A stretch of DNA of 64,000 nt, taken from assembly GCA_949529445.1 (NCBI GenBank), contig CATISA010000026.1:15548-79547 (forward strand), read 5' to 3'. Source of the DNA: Alphaproteobacteria bacterium UBA4588 (GTDB lineage: Bacteria > Pseudomonadota > Alphaproteobacteria > Puniceispirillales > Puniceispirillaceae). Position numbers and translations under genes: made by a program. The notes beneath the pieces were generated by a model that made no database searches, was not told the origin of the DNA, and saw nothing but the letters and a program-made list of their open reading frames with translations. This document shows positions 50,220 to 59,761 of the stretch, piece after piece (the stretch's first letter is position 1; each line of letters begins with the position of its first letter).

Positions 50220-51335
50220 TTATGACCAGATCCGCTTTACTCGGTTCAGGAAACTTGTTGTCTGGGGGCTAGAATCACCCGCTTTATCAAAAGCTACAAG
50301 CATTTCTTTTTGCTGCTTCGTCAAATTGGTTGGCGTTTCGACTTGAATTTCAACAATTTGGTCCCCATGACCGCTACCACGCAGAGCAGGCATTCCTTTG
50401 CCGCGCATTCTAAATTTACGGCCTGTCTGGGTGCCAGCTTCTACTTGCAGGCGTGCCATTTTTCCTGCCAATGTTGGCACATCGATAGACCCGCCCATAG
50501 CAGCTGTGACCATTGGCACGGGTACTTTAATGAAAATTTGATTCGCTTCTCGTTCAAAAATTGGATGGCCTTCAACTGAAATGAAGATATAGAGGTCACC
50601 AGATGGCGCCCCGCGCAGACCTGCTTCTCCTTTGCCAGACAGTCTGATACGTGTTCCTGTATCAACACCCGCAGGAACATTCACGGCGAGCGTCTCGGTA
50701 GCTTCAGTGCGGCCTTGACCGCGGCAGGGACGACACGGATCACTGATTGTCTCTCCAGCACCATTACAGGTTGGACAGCCCCGTTCGACAGTAAAGAAGC
50801 CCTGCTGAGCTCTTACTTTGCCCGCGCCACCACATGTATTACAGGTAGTTGGCGGGCTACCAGATGCTGCGCCGCTTCCGTTGCATTGGTCACATCGAGA
50901 AGAAATATTTGCCGTGATATCTTTGGATGCCCCTAAAAAGGCCTCTTCAAGCGTGATATCAAGGTCATAACGTAGGTCTGTTCCTTGGCGTGCCTGAGCA
51001 TTAGATCTTCCGCCTGAAAATTCGCTGAACATCTGCTCAAAGATATCGGAGAAGCCACCGCCAGCGAAACCGCCACCGCCGAAACCGCCACCGCCAAATC
51101 CAGATGATTGCTCAAAGGCAGCATGACCCATCTGGTCATAGGCAGCACGTTTTTGACCATCTTTTAGTATTTCATAGGCTTCGCTGGCCTCACGAAACCG
51201 CTCAGCTGCAACCTCATCATCAGGCTTTCTATCCGGATGATTTTCCATCGCTAGCTTACGATAAGCCGCTTTGATAGCCTTGTCATCTGCATCACGCGAA
51301 AGACCTAAAATTTCGTAATAATCACGTTTTGACAT
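50220..51335 (-). CDS. dnaJ: Molecular chaperone DnaJ
   Basis: J domain (DYYEILG...HPD), Gly/Phe-rich linker, and four CxxCxGxG zinc motifs. Confidence 0.95.
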   Translation of the reverse strand: MSKRDYYEILGLSRDADDKAIKAAYRKLAMENHPDRKPDDEVAAERFREASEAYEILKDGQKRAAYDQMGHAAFEQSSGFGGGGFGGGGFAGGGFSDIFEQMFSEFSGGRSNAQARQGTDLRYDLDITLEEAFLGASKDITANISSRCDQCNGSGAASGSPPTTCNTCGGAGKVRAQQGFFTVERGCPTCNGAGETISDPCRPCRGQGRTEATETLAVNVPAGVDTGTRIRLSGKGEAGLRGAPSGDLYIFISVEGHPIFEREANQIFIKVPVPMVTAAMGGSIDVPTLAGKMARLQVEAGTQTGRKFRMRGKGMPALRGSGHGDQIVEIQVETPTNLTKQQKEMLVAFDKAGDSSPQTTSFLNRVKRIWS

Positions 51336-51378
51336 TTGCTCTCACAGCTCCTCGCGCACCGATATTAAGATGCGACAA

Positions 51379-51405
51379 AAGGCTGGAAACAGTTTGACCA
51401 GCCTT
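51379..51405 (-). terminator. Candidate partial terminator/attenuator hairpin in the dnaK-dnaJ spacer
   Basis: Minus strand reads AAGGCTGG-N11-CCAGCCTT followed by TTGT. A second perfect 16-nt palindrome, CAGGAGCATGCTCCTG, lies at 51440..51455. Confidence 0.35.
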
Positions 51406-51474
51406 CTATCTTTATCAATTTTATCAACTACAAGCATGACAGGAGCATGCTCCTGCGACAACTCTGGCTATTCA

Positions 51475-53388
51475 TTATGCCTTTTTCGAATCCTGTTCGT
51501 CATCGACTTCTTCAAAATCAGCATCAACAACATCAGCATCTTCAGTCTGGTTAGTGCTAGCATCTTCTGCACCGCCTTCAGCCTGTTCTGCTTGATATGC
51601 CGCTTCACCCATTTTCATTAATACAGATGACAAGGCTTCTGATTTAGCTTTGATATCTTCATCATCATCACCCTCTAGCGCTGTATTAAGCTCTACGATA
51701 CCTGCTTCAACCTCGGCCTTTACAGCGGGATCTGCTTTATCGCCCAAATCATCAATCGATTTTTGAGCGCCATGAGCAAGAGCTTCAGATTGATTCCGGA
51801 CTTCGACCTTTTCCCGACGGGCTTTATCTTCTTCAGCATATGATTCTGCATCCTGAACCATTTGTTCAATCTCATTATCATCGAGACCGCCAGACGCTTT
51901 AATACTAATCGCCTGTTCTTTGCCAGTTGCTTTATCTTTTGCGCTGACCTTTACAATGCCGTTTGCATCAATATCGAAGGTGACTTCGATTTGCGGTACA
52001 CCACGCGGGGCAGAAGGCAAGCCTTCCAAATTAAACTGGCCAAGCGGCTTATTATCACCGGCCATTTCGCGCTCGCCCTGAAACACAGAAATCGTCACAG
52101 CAGACTGATTATCATCAGCTGTTGAAAAGACTTGGCTTTTCTTTGTCGGAATTGTTGTGTTGCGGTCAATCAGACGTGTAAATACGCCACCAAGAGTTTC
52201 AATACCAAGTGACAATGGCGTAACATCAAGAAGTAGAACATCTTTGACTTCACCAGTCAGAACACCGGCCTGAATAGCAGCACCACTTGCCACCACTTCG
52301 TCAGGGTTGACGCCACGATGCGGTTCCCGGCCAAAAAACTCTTTTACTGTATCGATGATTTTTGGCATCCGCGTCATACCACCGACTAGAATAACCTCAT
52401 CGATTTCACCTGCAGACACACCAGCATCTTTTAATGCTTTTCGGCATGGCTCAAGAGACCGTTTGATCAACGTTTCAACAAGCTGCTCCAACTTTGTGCG
52501 GGTCACCTTCACATTAAGGTGTTTTGGACCAGAAGCGTCCGCAGTAATAAAGGGCAGGTTCACTTCTGTCTGTGTTGTACTAGATAGCTCGATTTTGGCT
52601 TTTTCTGCTGCTTCTTTCAGACGCTGTAGCGCCATCTTGTCATCACGCAAATCAATGCCTTGATCTGCTTTAAATTCATCCGCCAGAAAATCAATAATCA
52701 CCTGGTCGAAATCTTCACCACCTAGGAAAGTGTCGCCGTTTGTTGATTTTACTTCAAAAACGCCATCGCCAACTTCGAGGATAGAGACATCAAATGTACC
52801 GCCACCAAGATCAAATACCGCAATAACACCCGCTTCATTCTTATCTAACCCATAGGCAAGAGCAGCTGCTGTTGGCTCGTTGATAATCCGCAATACTTCA
52901 AGACCAGCAATTTTGCCTGCATCTTTTGTCGCCTGACGTTGTGCATCATTAAAATAAGCCGGAACCGTAATAACAGCTTTGTCGACCTCTTCGCCAAGAA
53001 AGGCTTCAGCATCTTCTTTTAGCTTCCGGAGAATAAAGCTCGACATCTGACTTGGCGAATATTCTTCATCGCCAACACCAATCCATGCATCACCGTTTTT
53101 CGCAGCCTTAATTTCATAGGGCACAAGTTGAGCAAAGCTTTTCGTAGGCGCATCATCTGCGCGTCTACCAATCAGGCGCTTCACAGCGAAAATGGTTTTT
53201 TCAGGATTTGTTACAGCCTGTCGTTTCGCAGGTTGGCCAACCAGTCGCTCACCATCATCAGCAAAACCAATCATGGAAGGGGTTGTGCGCGCACCTTCTG
53301 CATTTTCGATAATTTTTGTATCTTTGCCGTCCATGACCGCCACACAAGAATTTGTGGTGCCAAGGTCGATACCAATAACTCTACCCAT
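51475..53388 (-). CDS. dnaK: Molecular chaperone DnaK (Hsp70)
   Basis: Motifs [30 protein letters not shown] and [14 protein letters not shown] 53388 is preceded by GAAGGA. The ORF track starts 14 codons earlier. Confidence 0.97.
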   Translation of the reverse strand: MGRVIGIDLGTTNSCVAVMDGKDTKIIENAEGARTTPSMIGFADDGERLVGQPAKRQAVTNPEKTIFAVKRLIGRRADDAPTKSFAQLVPYEIKAAKNGDAWIGVGDEEYSPSQMSSFILRKLKEDAEAFLGEEVDKAVITVPAYFNDAQRQATKDAGKIAGLEVLRIINEPTAAALAYGLDKNEAGVIAVFDLGGGTFDVSILEVGDGVFEVKSTNGDTFLGGEDFDQVIIDFLADEFKADQGIDLRDDKMALQRLKEAAEKAKIELSSTTQTEVNLPFITADASGPKHLNVKVTRTKLEQLVETLIKRSLEPCRKALKDAGVSAGEIDEVILVGGMTRMPKIIDTVKEFFGREPHRGVNPDEVVASGAAIQAGVLTGEVKDVLLLDVTPLSLGIETLGGVFTRLIDRNTTIPTKKSQVFSTADDNQSAVTISVFQGEREMAGDNKPLGQFNLEGLPSAPRGVPQIEVTFDIDANGIVKVSAKDKATGKEQAISIKASGGLDDNEIEQMVQDAESYAEEDKARREKVEVRNQSEALAHGAQKSIDDLGDKADPAVKAEVEAGIVELNTALEGDDDEDIKAKSEALSSVLMKMGEAAYQAEQAEGGAEDASTNQTEDADVVDADFEEVDDEQDSKKA

Positions 53389-53469
53389 CTGTCTTTGTCC
53401 TTCTTTCGTGTTAAAAGAGCACCGGAACACCGGCCTGTCAGCACCTGCTGCATTTTAATGGCAAGGTTC

Positions 53470-53498
53470 ATATAAGGTTTGTCATGTCGACCTGCAAG
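53470..53498 (-). promoter_or_regulatory. Candidate sigma-32 (RpoH)-type promoter for dnaK
   Basis: Minus strand reads CCCCTCTTGCA-N15-CCTTATAT. The consensus is CCCTTGAA-N13-15-CCCCATNT. The -10 element lies about 80 nt upstream of the dnaK ATG. Confidence 0.5.
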
Positions 53499-53528
53499 AG
53501 GGGAGGACATGAAGAAAATTCAGTATAG

Positions 53529-54215
53529 CTAGCTTTCTGTTTCAGATGCTTCAGTCGTCTCTGGCGGGCTAGCGGGTTTGGACACGCCTACCATTGCAGG
53601 ACGAAGCAATCTGTCATGAAGCTGATAGCCCGACTGCACAACCTGCATCACAATGCCAGGCTCGACCTCATCGGTCGGAACCTCGAACATGGCCTGATGC
53701 AGATTATAATCAAACTTTTCACCATCAGGCGAAATTTTGGAAATATTATGGCGCTCCAAAACAGACGCAACCTCGCGGCCAGTCATCTCCACACCAACGA
53801 GAATATTTTTCAGCGTTTCATCTAGCTTATCCTTATTTTCAGGAATAAGGTCGATTGCTTTGTCTAGATTATCAACTGAAGCCATCAAGTCACGGGCAAA
53901 CCCCATAGCACCATATTTCTTGGCTGATGCTACTTCGCGCTCTGTACGACGACGCAAATTTTCATTATCTGCGAGGGTCCTAAGCAATTGGTCGCGCAAT
54001 TCGTCCCGTTCAGCGGCAAGGGTGACGATATCATCATCCCCATCTATATCATCAGATTCTGGTTCAGCAGCATCATTAGCTAGCGTTGCGTTATCGTCGC
54101 CATCTGCAGGGGCATTATTAATATTGGGGCTAATTTCAGCATCTATCGGTGATTCTGCAGTATTTTCAGCAGGCGCATCTCCTGCTGGCTGATTCGTGTC
54201 GTTTTCTTGTGTCAT
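53529..54215 (-). CDS. grpE: Nucleotide exchange factor GrpE
   Basis: Acidic N-terminus, a coiled coil (RDELRDQLLRTLADNENLRRRTERE), and a C-terminal beta domain (YQLHDRLLRPAMVGV). Confidence 0.9.
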   Translation of the reverse strand: MTQENDTNQPAGDAPAENTAESPIDAEISPNINNAPADGDDNATLANDAAEPESDDIDGDDDIVTLAAERDELRDQLLRTLADNENLRRRTEREVASAKKYGAMGFARDLMASVDNLDKAIDLIPENKDKLDETLKNILVGVEMTGREVASVLERHNISKISPDGEKFDYNLHQAMFEVPTDEVEPGIVMQVVQSGYQLHDRLLRPAMVGVSKPASPPETTEASETES

Positions 54216-54277
54216 TCAACGTCCTGACAAACTAATGAGAAAAATATTGTTGGGCCAGATCTGCCTCTTTGAGAGTT

Positions 54278-54306
54278 AAGTGGGGTGCCACTTTGCCTAT
54301 GCCAAG
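54278..54306 (-). promoter_or_regulatory. Candidate sigma-32 (RpoH)-type promoter for grpE
   Basis: Minus strand reads CTCTTGGC-N15-CCCCACTT. The -10 element lies about 63 nt upstream of the grpE ATG. Confidence 0.45.
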
Positions 54307-54477
54307 AGTTTGAAAGGTTTTTTTCAGACTTTTTTGATATTTTCTATGTTTTATAATTCTCTTCTTTCTGTAAAAAATAAAAACAGGCTATAAGAAGGTC
54401 TCAGTCCTTTGTGACGCAAATAGCTTATGCGAAAAACTGCCAGACAAAATATGTCTGCAAAGCTGAAATAGATAGTA

Positions 54478-55332
54478 ATGACGTCAAAAACAGATAAAAA
54501 TGCTCACATAGCACAGGACGACGCCCTTTTTGGCAAGATAGAATCGCTTTATCGCGAAGCAGATGATCTGGGACATAATGAGCTGGGGCATGATAATCAG
54601 TCAGACCCGTTGGAAGCTTCGGTCAGAGTCAGAAGCCAAGACCCTGCCCGACTGCCAATTATTGGAAGCCTGCCTGTACGTGCTAGTAGCGATCATAATG
54701 CACCAAACCATCTCGCTGATGAATCTATTCCGCTGTCCTCAATTAGCAAGAATGATCTTATGACAAGTATTGTGTTAACAGGAATGGTATCACGGCCGGG
54801 GGCAGAAAAAGAACAGATAGATCCCCTTCCTGTATCTGGCACGCCCCCCAATGAGCCGATCGATAATCATATCATAGCACCGTCAGATGACCCCTTTATT
54901 GCTATCAGAAATGCTGTCGAGACAGCAGGTCAAACTGGTGGACCAACATCAGATAATCGCAAAAATGTGAGCAACCCACCACATCTATCATCTCAAACCA
55001 AAGAACTCGCTGCAGCATTAGCTATCATCATAAAAGAACAGATAGACAACGCCATTGATGACCGGCTATCAGCGCCTGACGGAGCTAACAGTGTTGAGGC
55101 AACATCAAATTTTGATACCAGCAGCACCGATAAAAATATAACAGCATCCAAACGCGCAGCTGCTAAATCAGTATTAAAGAAAGCAGCAAAGCTAGTACGG
55201 CATAACGAGAATGCGTCAGTAAAGCCCAAAGCAAAAAGCGCTAAATCAAAATTGAGCGTCAAGAAAACTGAAGCAAAAGCAAAGGCTGTTCGGAAAAAGT
55301 CTTCGAAAGGGCCAGATACTAAAAATGATTAA
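54478..55332 (+). CDS. Hypothetical low-complexity protein with Lys/Ala-rich C-terminal tail
   Basis: This 284-aa ORF is the only long ORF in the interval. It has no TM segment or signal peptide. The body is rich in Asp, Ser, Pro and Asn, and the tail reads KRAAAKSVLKKAAKLV...KPKAKSAKSKLSVKKTEAKAKAVRKKSSK. It overlaps the next ORF by 8 nt (ATGATTAA). Confidence 0.4.
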   Translation: MTSKTDKNAHIAQDDALFGKIESLYREADDLGHNELGHDNQSDPLEASVRVRSQDPARLPIIGSLPVRASSDHNAPNHLADESIPLSSISKNDLMTSIVLTGMVSRPGAEKEQIDPLPVSGTPPNEPIDNHIIAPSDDPFIAIRNAVETAGQTGGPTSDNRKNVSNPPHLSSQTKELAAALAIIIKEQIDNAIDDRLSAPDGANSVEATSNFDTSSTDKNITASKRAAAKSVLKKAAKLVRHNENASVKPKAKSAKSKLSVKKTEAKAKAVRKKSSKGPDTKND

Positions 55333-55915
55333 ACTTGCCTGTCCACATTGCCGAATGGTGGGGATGGTGCCAGAGCTCCTTTCTGAGACGGGAGGCTGGC
55401 CAATCGCCTGTCATCATTGTCATCAGCATTATTTTGCGCCGGTATTATCTGGCCCGCTGCCAATGGCGCGGCTAATAGAGTTGAACTGTTCAAAATGCGC
55501 CTTTGTCTCCCAACTCGATATAAAGGCACTTGATGAGCTTAAAAGTCAGAATTTCACCTTATACTGTCCTGAATGTCATGACTCTCTTAGTGTGCCACGC
55601 TATGAAGGAACTACTGAAACCAGTCTGAATGCGTCCGCATCCGATACGGCAAGGCAGAAAGAAAACAAACAATCTGTTGCGCGCCCAAAAGACACGTCAC
55701 GTCAATCTGAGCATAAGAAGAGCCCCAGAAAACTCAACCTTGGGAGTGTTTTGCTTCTGCTTTTAATAGGATTTGTTATTAGCCTTATTATGATTGATGC
55801 AGCTCAGCAGGGTATTATTGATAGAGCATGGCTTGATATGATTCTGAGTATTTTGCCAGACAAATCACAGCTTGAAATGGTCATTAGGGACATTATCGCA
55901 AAAGGCGCGCAATAG
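55325..55915 (+). CDS. Double zinc-ribbon (MJ0042-like CxxC) single-pass membrane protein
   Basis: Cys pairs C6/C9...C29/C32 and C55/C58...C81/C84, a basic linker, the TM helix LNLGSVLLLLLIGFVISLIMI, and a tail of about 40 aa. The 3' end overlaps hrcA by 23 nt. Confidence 0.5.
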   Translation: MIKLACPHCRMVGMVPELLSETGGWPIACHHCHQHYFAPVLSGPLPMARLIELNCSKCAFVSQLDIKALDELKSQNFTLYCPECHDSLSVPRYEGTTETSLNASASDTARQKENKQSVARPKDTSRQSEHKKSPRKLNLGSVLLLLLIGFVISLIMIDAAQQGIIDRAWLDMILSILPDKSQLEMVIRDIIAKGAQ

Positions 55916-56945
55916 TTTCGCTGGTATAATCAACCATCGAAATAATTTTCGCATAATTCATATGTCGCGGCCCAATAACGCCGATCGCTCCAATAATCTG
56001 ATTATCACTCCCCCGGTAGGGTGACAGCACCATAGAACATCCTGTCTGGGAAAAAAGCTGGTGGTCTGAACCAATAAAAATACGCAGTCCGTTAGCATCC
56101 TCAACAGCATTCATCAGCTGACCGGCATGTCGATGCATTTCCAACCGGTCGAAGAGTAACTTAAGCTGAGCCACATCCTCGATAGCCTTGATATCATCAA
56201 GCAGGTTTGCCTGCCCATGAAGGATAAGAGATGCATCATCGCTACCTTCTCCATCTGACCAGCTCGCAAGGCCACGCTCAATAAGTCCTGATGCGAGAAC
56301 ATCTAGCTCTTTGCGCCTCTGTGAGATATCTTGCTGAACAGAACTTTTTATCTGGGAAAGTGATTTTCCCAGATAATGCGCATTCATATAATTACTGGCC
56401 TCTATCATTGCTGATGCTGGAAAGCCATCGGGCAAGTCGAACATCCTATTTTCAACCTGTCCATTGGTAAAGACCAGAATGACAAGCATTCTCTTATCCT
56501 GAAGGGGCACAAATTCTATATGGGTAACGGAGAGGTCCTCGGTTGGGGCGAGAACAAGCGAGGCACATTTTGACAACCCCGACAATGCCATACTTGCCTT
56601 CTCAAGAAGCTGTTTCACACTCAGGCTTTGGGCTACAGCAAGGCCGTCAATAGACGCATGTTCGGCCTCTGAAAGAGCACCACCAACTTCCATCAAGCCA
56701 TCAACAAATAAGCGTAAACCCGCTCTGGTAGGTATGCGTCCTGCAGATGGGTGAGGAGAGAACAACAAGCCCGTCTGTTCAAGATGGGCCATAATTGCGC
56801 GTACAGATGCCGATGATAAATCAATATCCGGATGTGCCGCTATTAAGCCTGAGCCAACAGGAGAACCTGATTCTAGATAGTTTTTTACAATCTCAGCAAA
56901 GATATGCTGATTACGACAGGTCAATTCTGGCACAGAATCGGTCAT
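55893..56945 (-). CDS. hrcA: Heat-inducible transcription repressor HrcA
   Basis: N-terminal winged helix (IVKNYLESGSPVGSGLIA) and C-terminal GVIGPRHMNYAKIISMVDY. 350 aa. Divergent from rph, as in other alphaproteobacteria. Confidence 0.9.
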   Translation of the reverse strand: MTDSVPELTCRNQHIFAEIVKNYLESGSPVGSGLIAAHPDIDLSSASVRAIMAHLEQTGLLFSPHPSAGRIPTRAGLRLFVDGLMEVGGALSEAEHASIDGLAVAQSLSVKQLLEKASMALSGLSKCASLVLAPTEDLSVTHIEFVPLQDKRMLVILVFTNGQVENRMFDLPDGFPASAMIEASNYMNAHYLGKSLSQIKSSVQQDISQRRKELDVLASGLIERGLASWSDGEGSDDASLILHGQANLLDDIKAIEDVAQLKLLFDRLEMHRHAGQLMNAVEDANGLRIFIGSDHQLFSQTGCSMVLSPYRGSDNQIIGAIGVIGPRHMNYAKIISMVDYTSETIARLLR

Positions 56946-57173
56946 TTTTCCTCACAACTGGCGTAATTAATAACGCCCCACGCTACCTTCTCACGATGGG
57001 AATAGCACCTATCTTCTGGTGATATCAAAAAATTTACTGCCTGCCTATGTAAAGAGATGAAAAGACAACTTGAAACGTAAGCCAGAAGCGTGTTTTGTCT
57101 TATGCCAAAGCTATCTTGGAGTAGGCGGCTCTTTTTTGCCGCTATCTCTCATCCGCAATTAAAGGAAGTAATC

Positions 57174-57923
57174 ATGTCTCACGAAACATACTCACCACGG
57201 CCTTCTGGCCGATTAAGTGACCAATTGCGCGATATTCAGATAGAGCCACATATATCGCCCTATGCTGAAGGGTCCTGTCTGATTAAAATGGGTAATACCC
57301 ATGTTTTATGCACAGCTTCTATTGATGACAAGGTTCCAGGATTCTTGCGTAATACTCAAAAAGGGTGGGTCACAGCTGAATATGGCATGCTACCGCGGGC
57401 AACTCATAGCCGAATGGATAGAGAAGCAGCCAGAGGCAAACAATCTGGTCGGACTCAGGAAATTCAGCGTCTTATTGGACGTTCTTTGCGCGCCATCATT
57501 GACCTGAAAGCACTTGGTGAGCGGCAAATAAAAATTGATTGTGATGTAATCCAAGCCGATGGAGGCACCCGAACCGCCTCTATTACCGGCGCGTGGGTCG
57601 CATTATCTCTTGCGTGCGAAACATTGCTTCTGAACGGTGATATTAAAACTATGCCACTCAGCGATCAGGTTGCCGCTATTTCCTGCGGTATTGTAAATGG
57701 CCAGCCTGTTCTTGACCTTGATTACAGCGAGGATAGTACGGCTGGTACAGATGCAAATTTTGTTCTCACCTCATCTAACGGCATTGTTGAGATACAGGGT
57801 ACTGCCGAAGAAACTCCGTTTAGTGAAGAAGAATTCATTGCAATGCTCCGACTAGCACGTTCAGGGTGCGAGGCATTATTTGCCCATCAAGTGAAAGCTA
57901 TTCATGTGCCACGGACACGATAA
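57174..57923 (+). CDS. rph: Ribonuclease PH
   Basis: Motifs [19 protein letters not shown] and [21 protein letters not shown] 57174 is preceded by AAGGAAG. The ORF track starts 28 codons earlier. Confidence 0.93.
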   Translation: MSHETYSPRPSGRLSDQLRDIQIEPHISPYAEGSCLIKMGNTHVLCTASIDDKVPGFLRNTQKGWVTAEYGMLPRATHSRMDREAARGKQSGRTQEIQRLIGRSLRAIIDLKALGERQIKIDCDVIQADGGTRTASITGAWVALSLACETLLLNGDIKTMPLSDQVAAISCGIVNGQPVLDLDYSEDSTAGTDANFVLTSSNGIVEIQGTAEETPFSEEEFIAMLRLARSGCEALFAHQVKAIHVPRTR

Positions 57924-57941
57924 AAGAGGGTAGGATTAATC

Positions 57942-58553
57942 ATGACACGCATATTCAGCCGCTCTGAAAAATTGGTTATAGCTAGCCATAATCCGGGTAA
58001 GGTATCCGAAATACGCGCTTTGCTAACGCCGCTCCGGGTTGAGGTAATTGGCGCAGATGAGCTGGGTCTGATAGAGCCAGAAGAAACGGGGAAAACCTTC
58101 ACTGAAAATGCTGAGCTAAAGGCACGACTTGCTGCGGAAGCATCTGGTCTGCCTGCGCTTGCAGATGATTCCGGCATGGCATTATCAGCTCTTGGCGGAG
58201 CGCCTGGTATTTATTCGGCGCGTTGGGCAGGTCCCAAAAAAGATTTCAGTGCGGCTATCCAGCGGGTCAATGATGCCTTATTAATGACAGGGTCATCAGA
58301 TAGAAGTTGCTCCTTCGTCTGCGTCCTGTCTCTGGCCTGGCCCGACGGTCATATTGAAAGCTTTGAAGGTCGGGTTTCTGGCACAGCTGTCTTTCCACCA
58401 CGCGGCACAAACGGGTTTGGTTATGATCCCATTTTTCAGCCCACTGGCTACAACCTCACATTTGGCGAAATGGTGCCGCAGGACAAACATGCCATGAGTC
58501 ATCGCGCCCATGCCTTTTCCCAGTTGCTTGAACAATGCCTGCTTCCCGCCTAG
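57942..58553 (+). CDS. rdgB: dITP/XTP pyrophosphatase (RdgB/HAM1 family)
   Basis: Motifs [21 protein letters not shown], and [11 protein letters not shown] followed later by MSHRAHA. Confidence 0.9.
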   Translation: MTRIFSRSEKLVIASHNPGKVSEIRALLTPLRVEVIGADELGLIEPEETGKTFTENAELKARLAAEASGLPALADDSGMALSALGGAPGIYSARWAGPKKDFSAAIQRVNDALLMTGSSDRSCSFVCVLSLAWPDGHIESFEGRVSGTAVFPPRGTNGFGYDPIFQPTGYNLTFGEMVPQDKHAMSHRAHAFSQLLEQCLLPA

Positions 58554-59761
58554 AGTCGGCTTGTGCGCCGAATGCCGCAGCAGTGCCTCTCAGTCTTTAT
58601 ATTCATTGGCCCTTTTGTGTTTCTAAATGCCCTTATTGTGACTTTAATTCACATATTGCAGGTGAGCTTGATGAAGCAGCCTGGCTCCGCTCCATGTGCG
58701 CAGAACTTGAGCATATGGCAAGGATTGCAGCCGAAACCTTATCGACTGATAAGCTGCGTCTGGAAACTATCTTTTTTGGTGGTGGCACACCCTCTTTAAT
58801 GCCACCAAAAATTGTATCTGCCCTGATTGACAAAGCAGCTACACTATTTTCTTTTGCAAATAATATTGAAATTACCGCAGAGGCAAATCCCAATTCAGCT
58901 GAAATGAAGCAAATGGAAAGCTTCCATTCTGCTGGCATTAATCGGCTATCACTCGGTATTCAATCCTTACATAATGAGGGTCTTGCCTTTTTGGGGCGTG
59001 CCCATTCAGTAGATGAAGCTTGCAACGCATTAGAGCAGGCACTAACCCTTTTTGATCGCGTATCAGCAGACCTTATTTACGGCCTCCCAGAGCAAACTGC
59101 AGCAGAATGGCAACAACAACTCACTCAGATCATTGGCTTTGGGATACAACACCTTTCAGCTTATCAGCTTACCATTGAGCCAGGCACCATTTTTCATAGT
59201 CGCACACGCGCAGGTGCTATCCTAACGGCGGAACCTGATCATGTGGCTGATTTATATGAACTGACCGAGGACATAGCAGCAGCAGCAGGGTTGCCTGCTT
59301 ATGAAGTATCAAATTATGCGGCAGCGAACAATCAGGCACGCCATAACCTCACTTATTGGCAGAGCGGAAACTGGATTGCTGTTGGCCCCGGCGCACATGG
59401 CCGGATAACATACCCTCATCAACAAAAACGTCGCCATTTCAGGCTACGCCGTAGCCCAGGGGGCTGGCTGAATGATGTCGCATCAAATGGGCATGCTATA
59501 GAAGAAGATAGAATTGAAGCGGCATGTGATATGTATGAAGAATATTGGATGATGGGATTACGGCTGGTTAAGGGCATGCCCTTAACGCCGCCTTTTTTCG
59601 CTCCAGACATAGCGCTACCAGGATCCGTCTTTTGTCTTGATGCAGAATGGCAAGCCCGCTTTTGCAAAGAAGGCTGGTTAATAGAAGAGGGCGGGTGCCT
59701 GAAAGCAAGTCTACAGGGCCGGATGCGCCTTGATTATATGCTTGGTAAACTTCTTGGGTAG
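58535..59761 (+). CDS. hemW: Radical SAM heme chaperone HemW (HemN-like, oxygen-independent coproporphyrinogen oxidase family)
   Basis: Motifs [16 protein letters not shown] and FFGGGTPS, with a HemN_C-like C-terminus. Sits in the rph-rdgB-hemW context. Overlaps rdgB by 19 nt. Confidence 0.85.
   Translation: MPASRLESACAPNAAAVPLSLYIHWPFCVSKCPYCDFNSHIAGELDEAAWLRSMCAELEHMARIAAETLSTDKLRLETIFFGGGTPSLMPPKIVSALIDKAATLFSFANNIEITAEANPNSAEMKQMESFHSAGINRLSLGIQSLHNEGLAFLGRAHSVDEACNALEQALTLFDRVSADLIYGLPEQTAAEWQQQLTQIIGFGIQHLSAYQLTIEPGTIFHSRTRAGAILTAEPDHVADLYELTEDIAAAAGLPAYEVSNYAAANNQARHNLTYWQSGNWIAVGPGAHGRITYPHQQKRRHFRLRRSPGGWLNDVASNGHAIEEDRIEAACDMYEEYWMMGLRLVKGMPLTPPFFAPDIALPGSVFCLDAEWQARFCKEGWLIEEGGCLKASLQGRMRLDYMLGKLLG

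Noticed and set aside
56946-57173. A CIRCE operator (TTAGCACTC-N9-GAGTGCTAA) or sigma-32 promoter in the hrcA-rph divergent region. The near-palindrome GCGTAATTAATAACGC at 56961..56976 was also considered.
   Set aside because: No CIRCE-like half-sites occur here or anywhere else I looked in the window. There is no CTTG-N17/18-CYTAT match on the hrcA strand. The 16-nt near-palindrome has a central A.A mismatch and no known cognate factor. It may be only a 5'-UTR hairpin.
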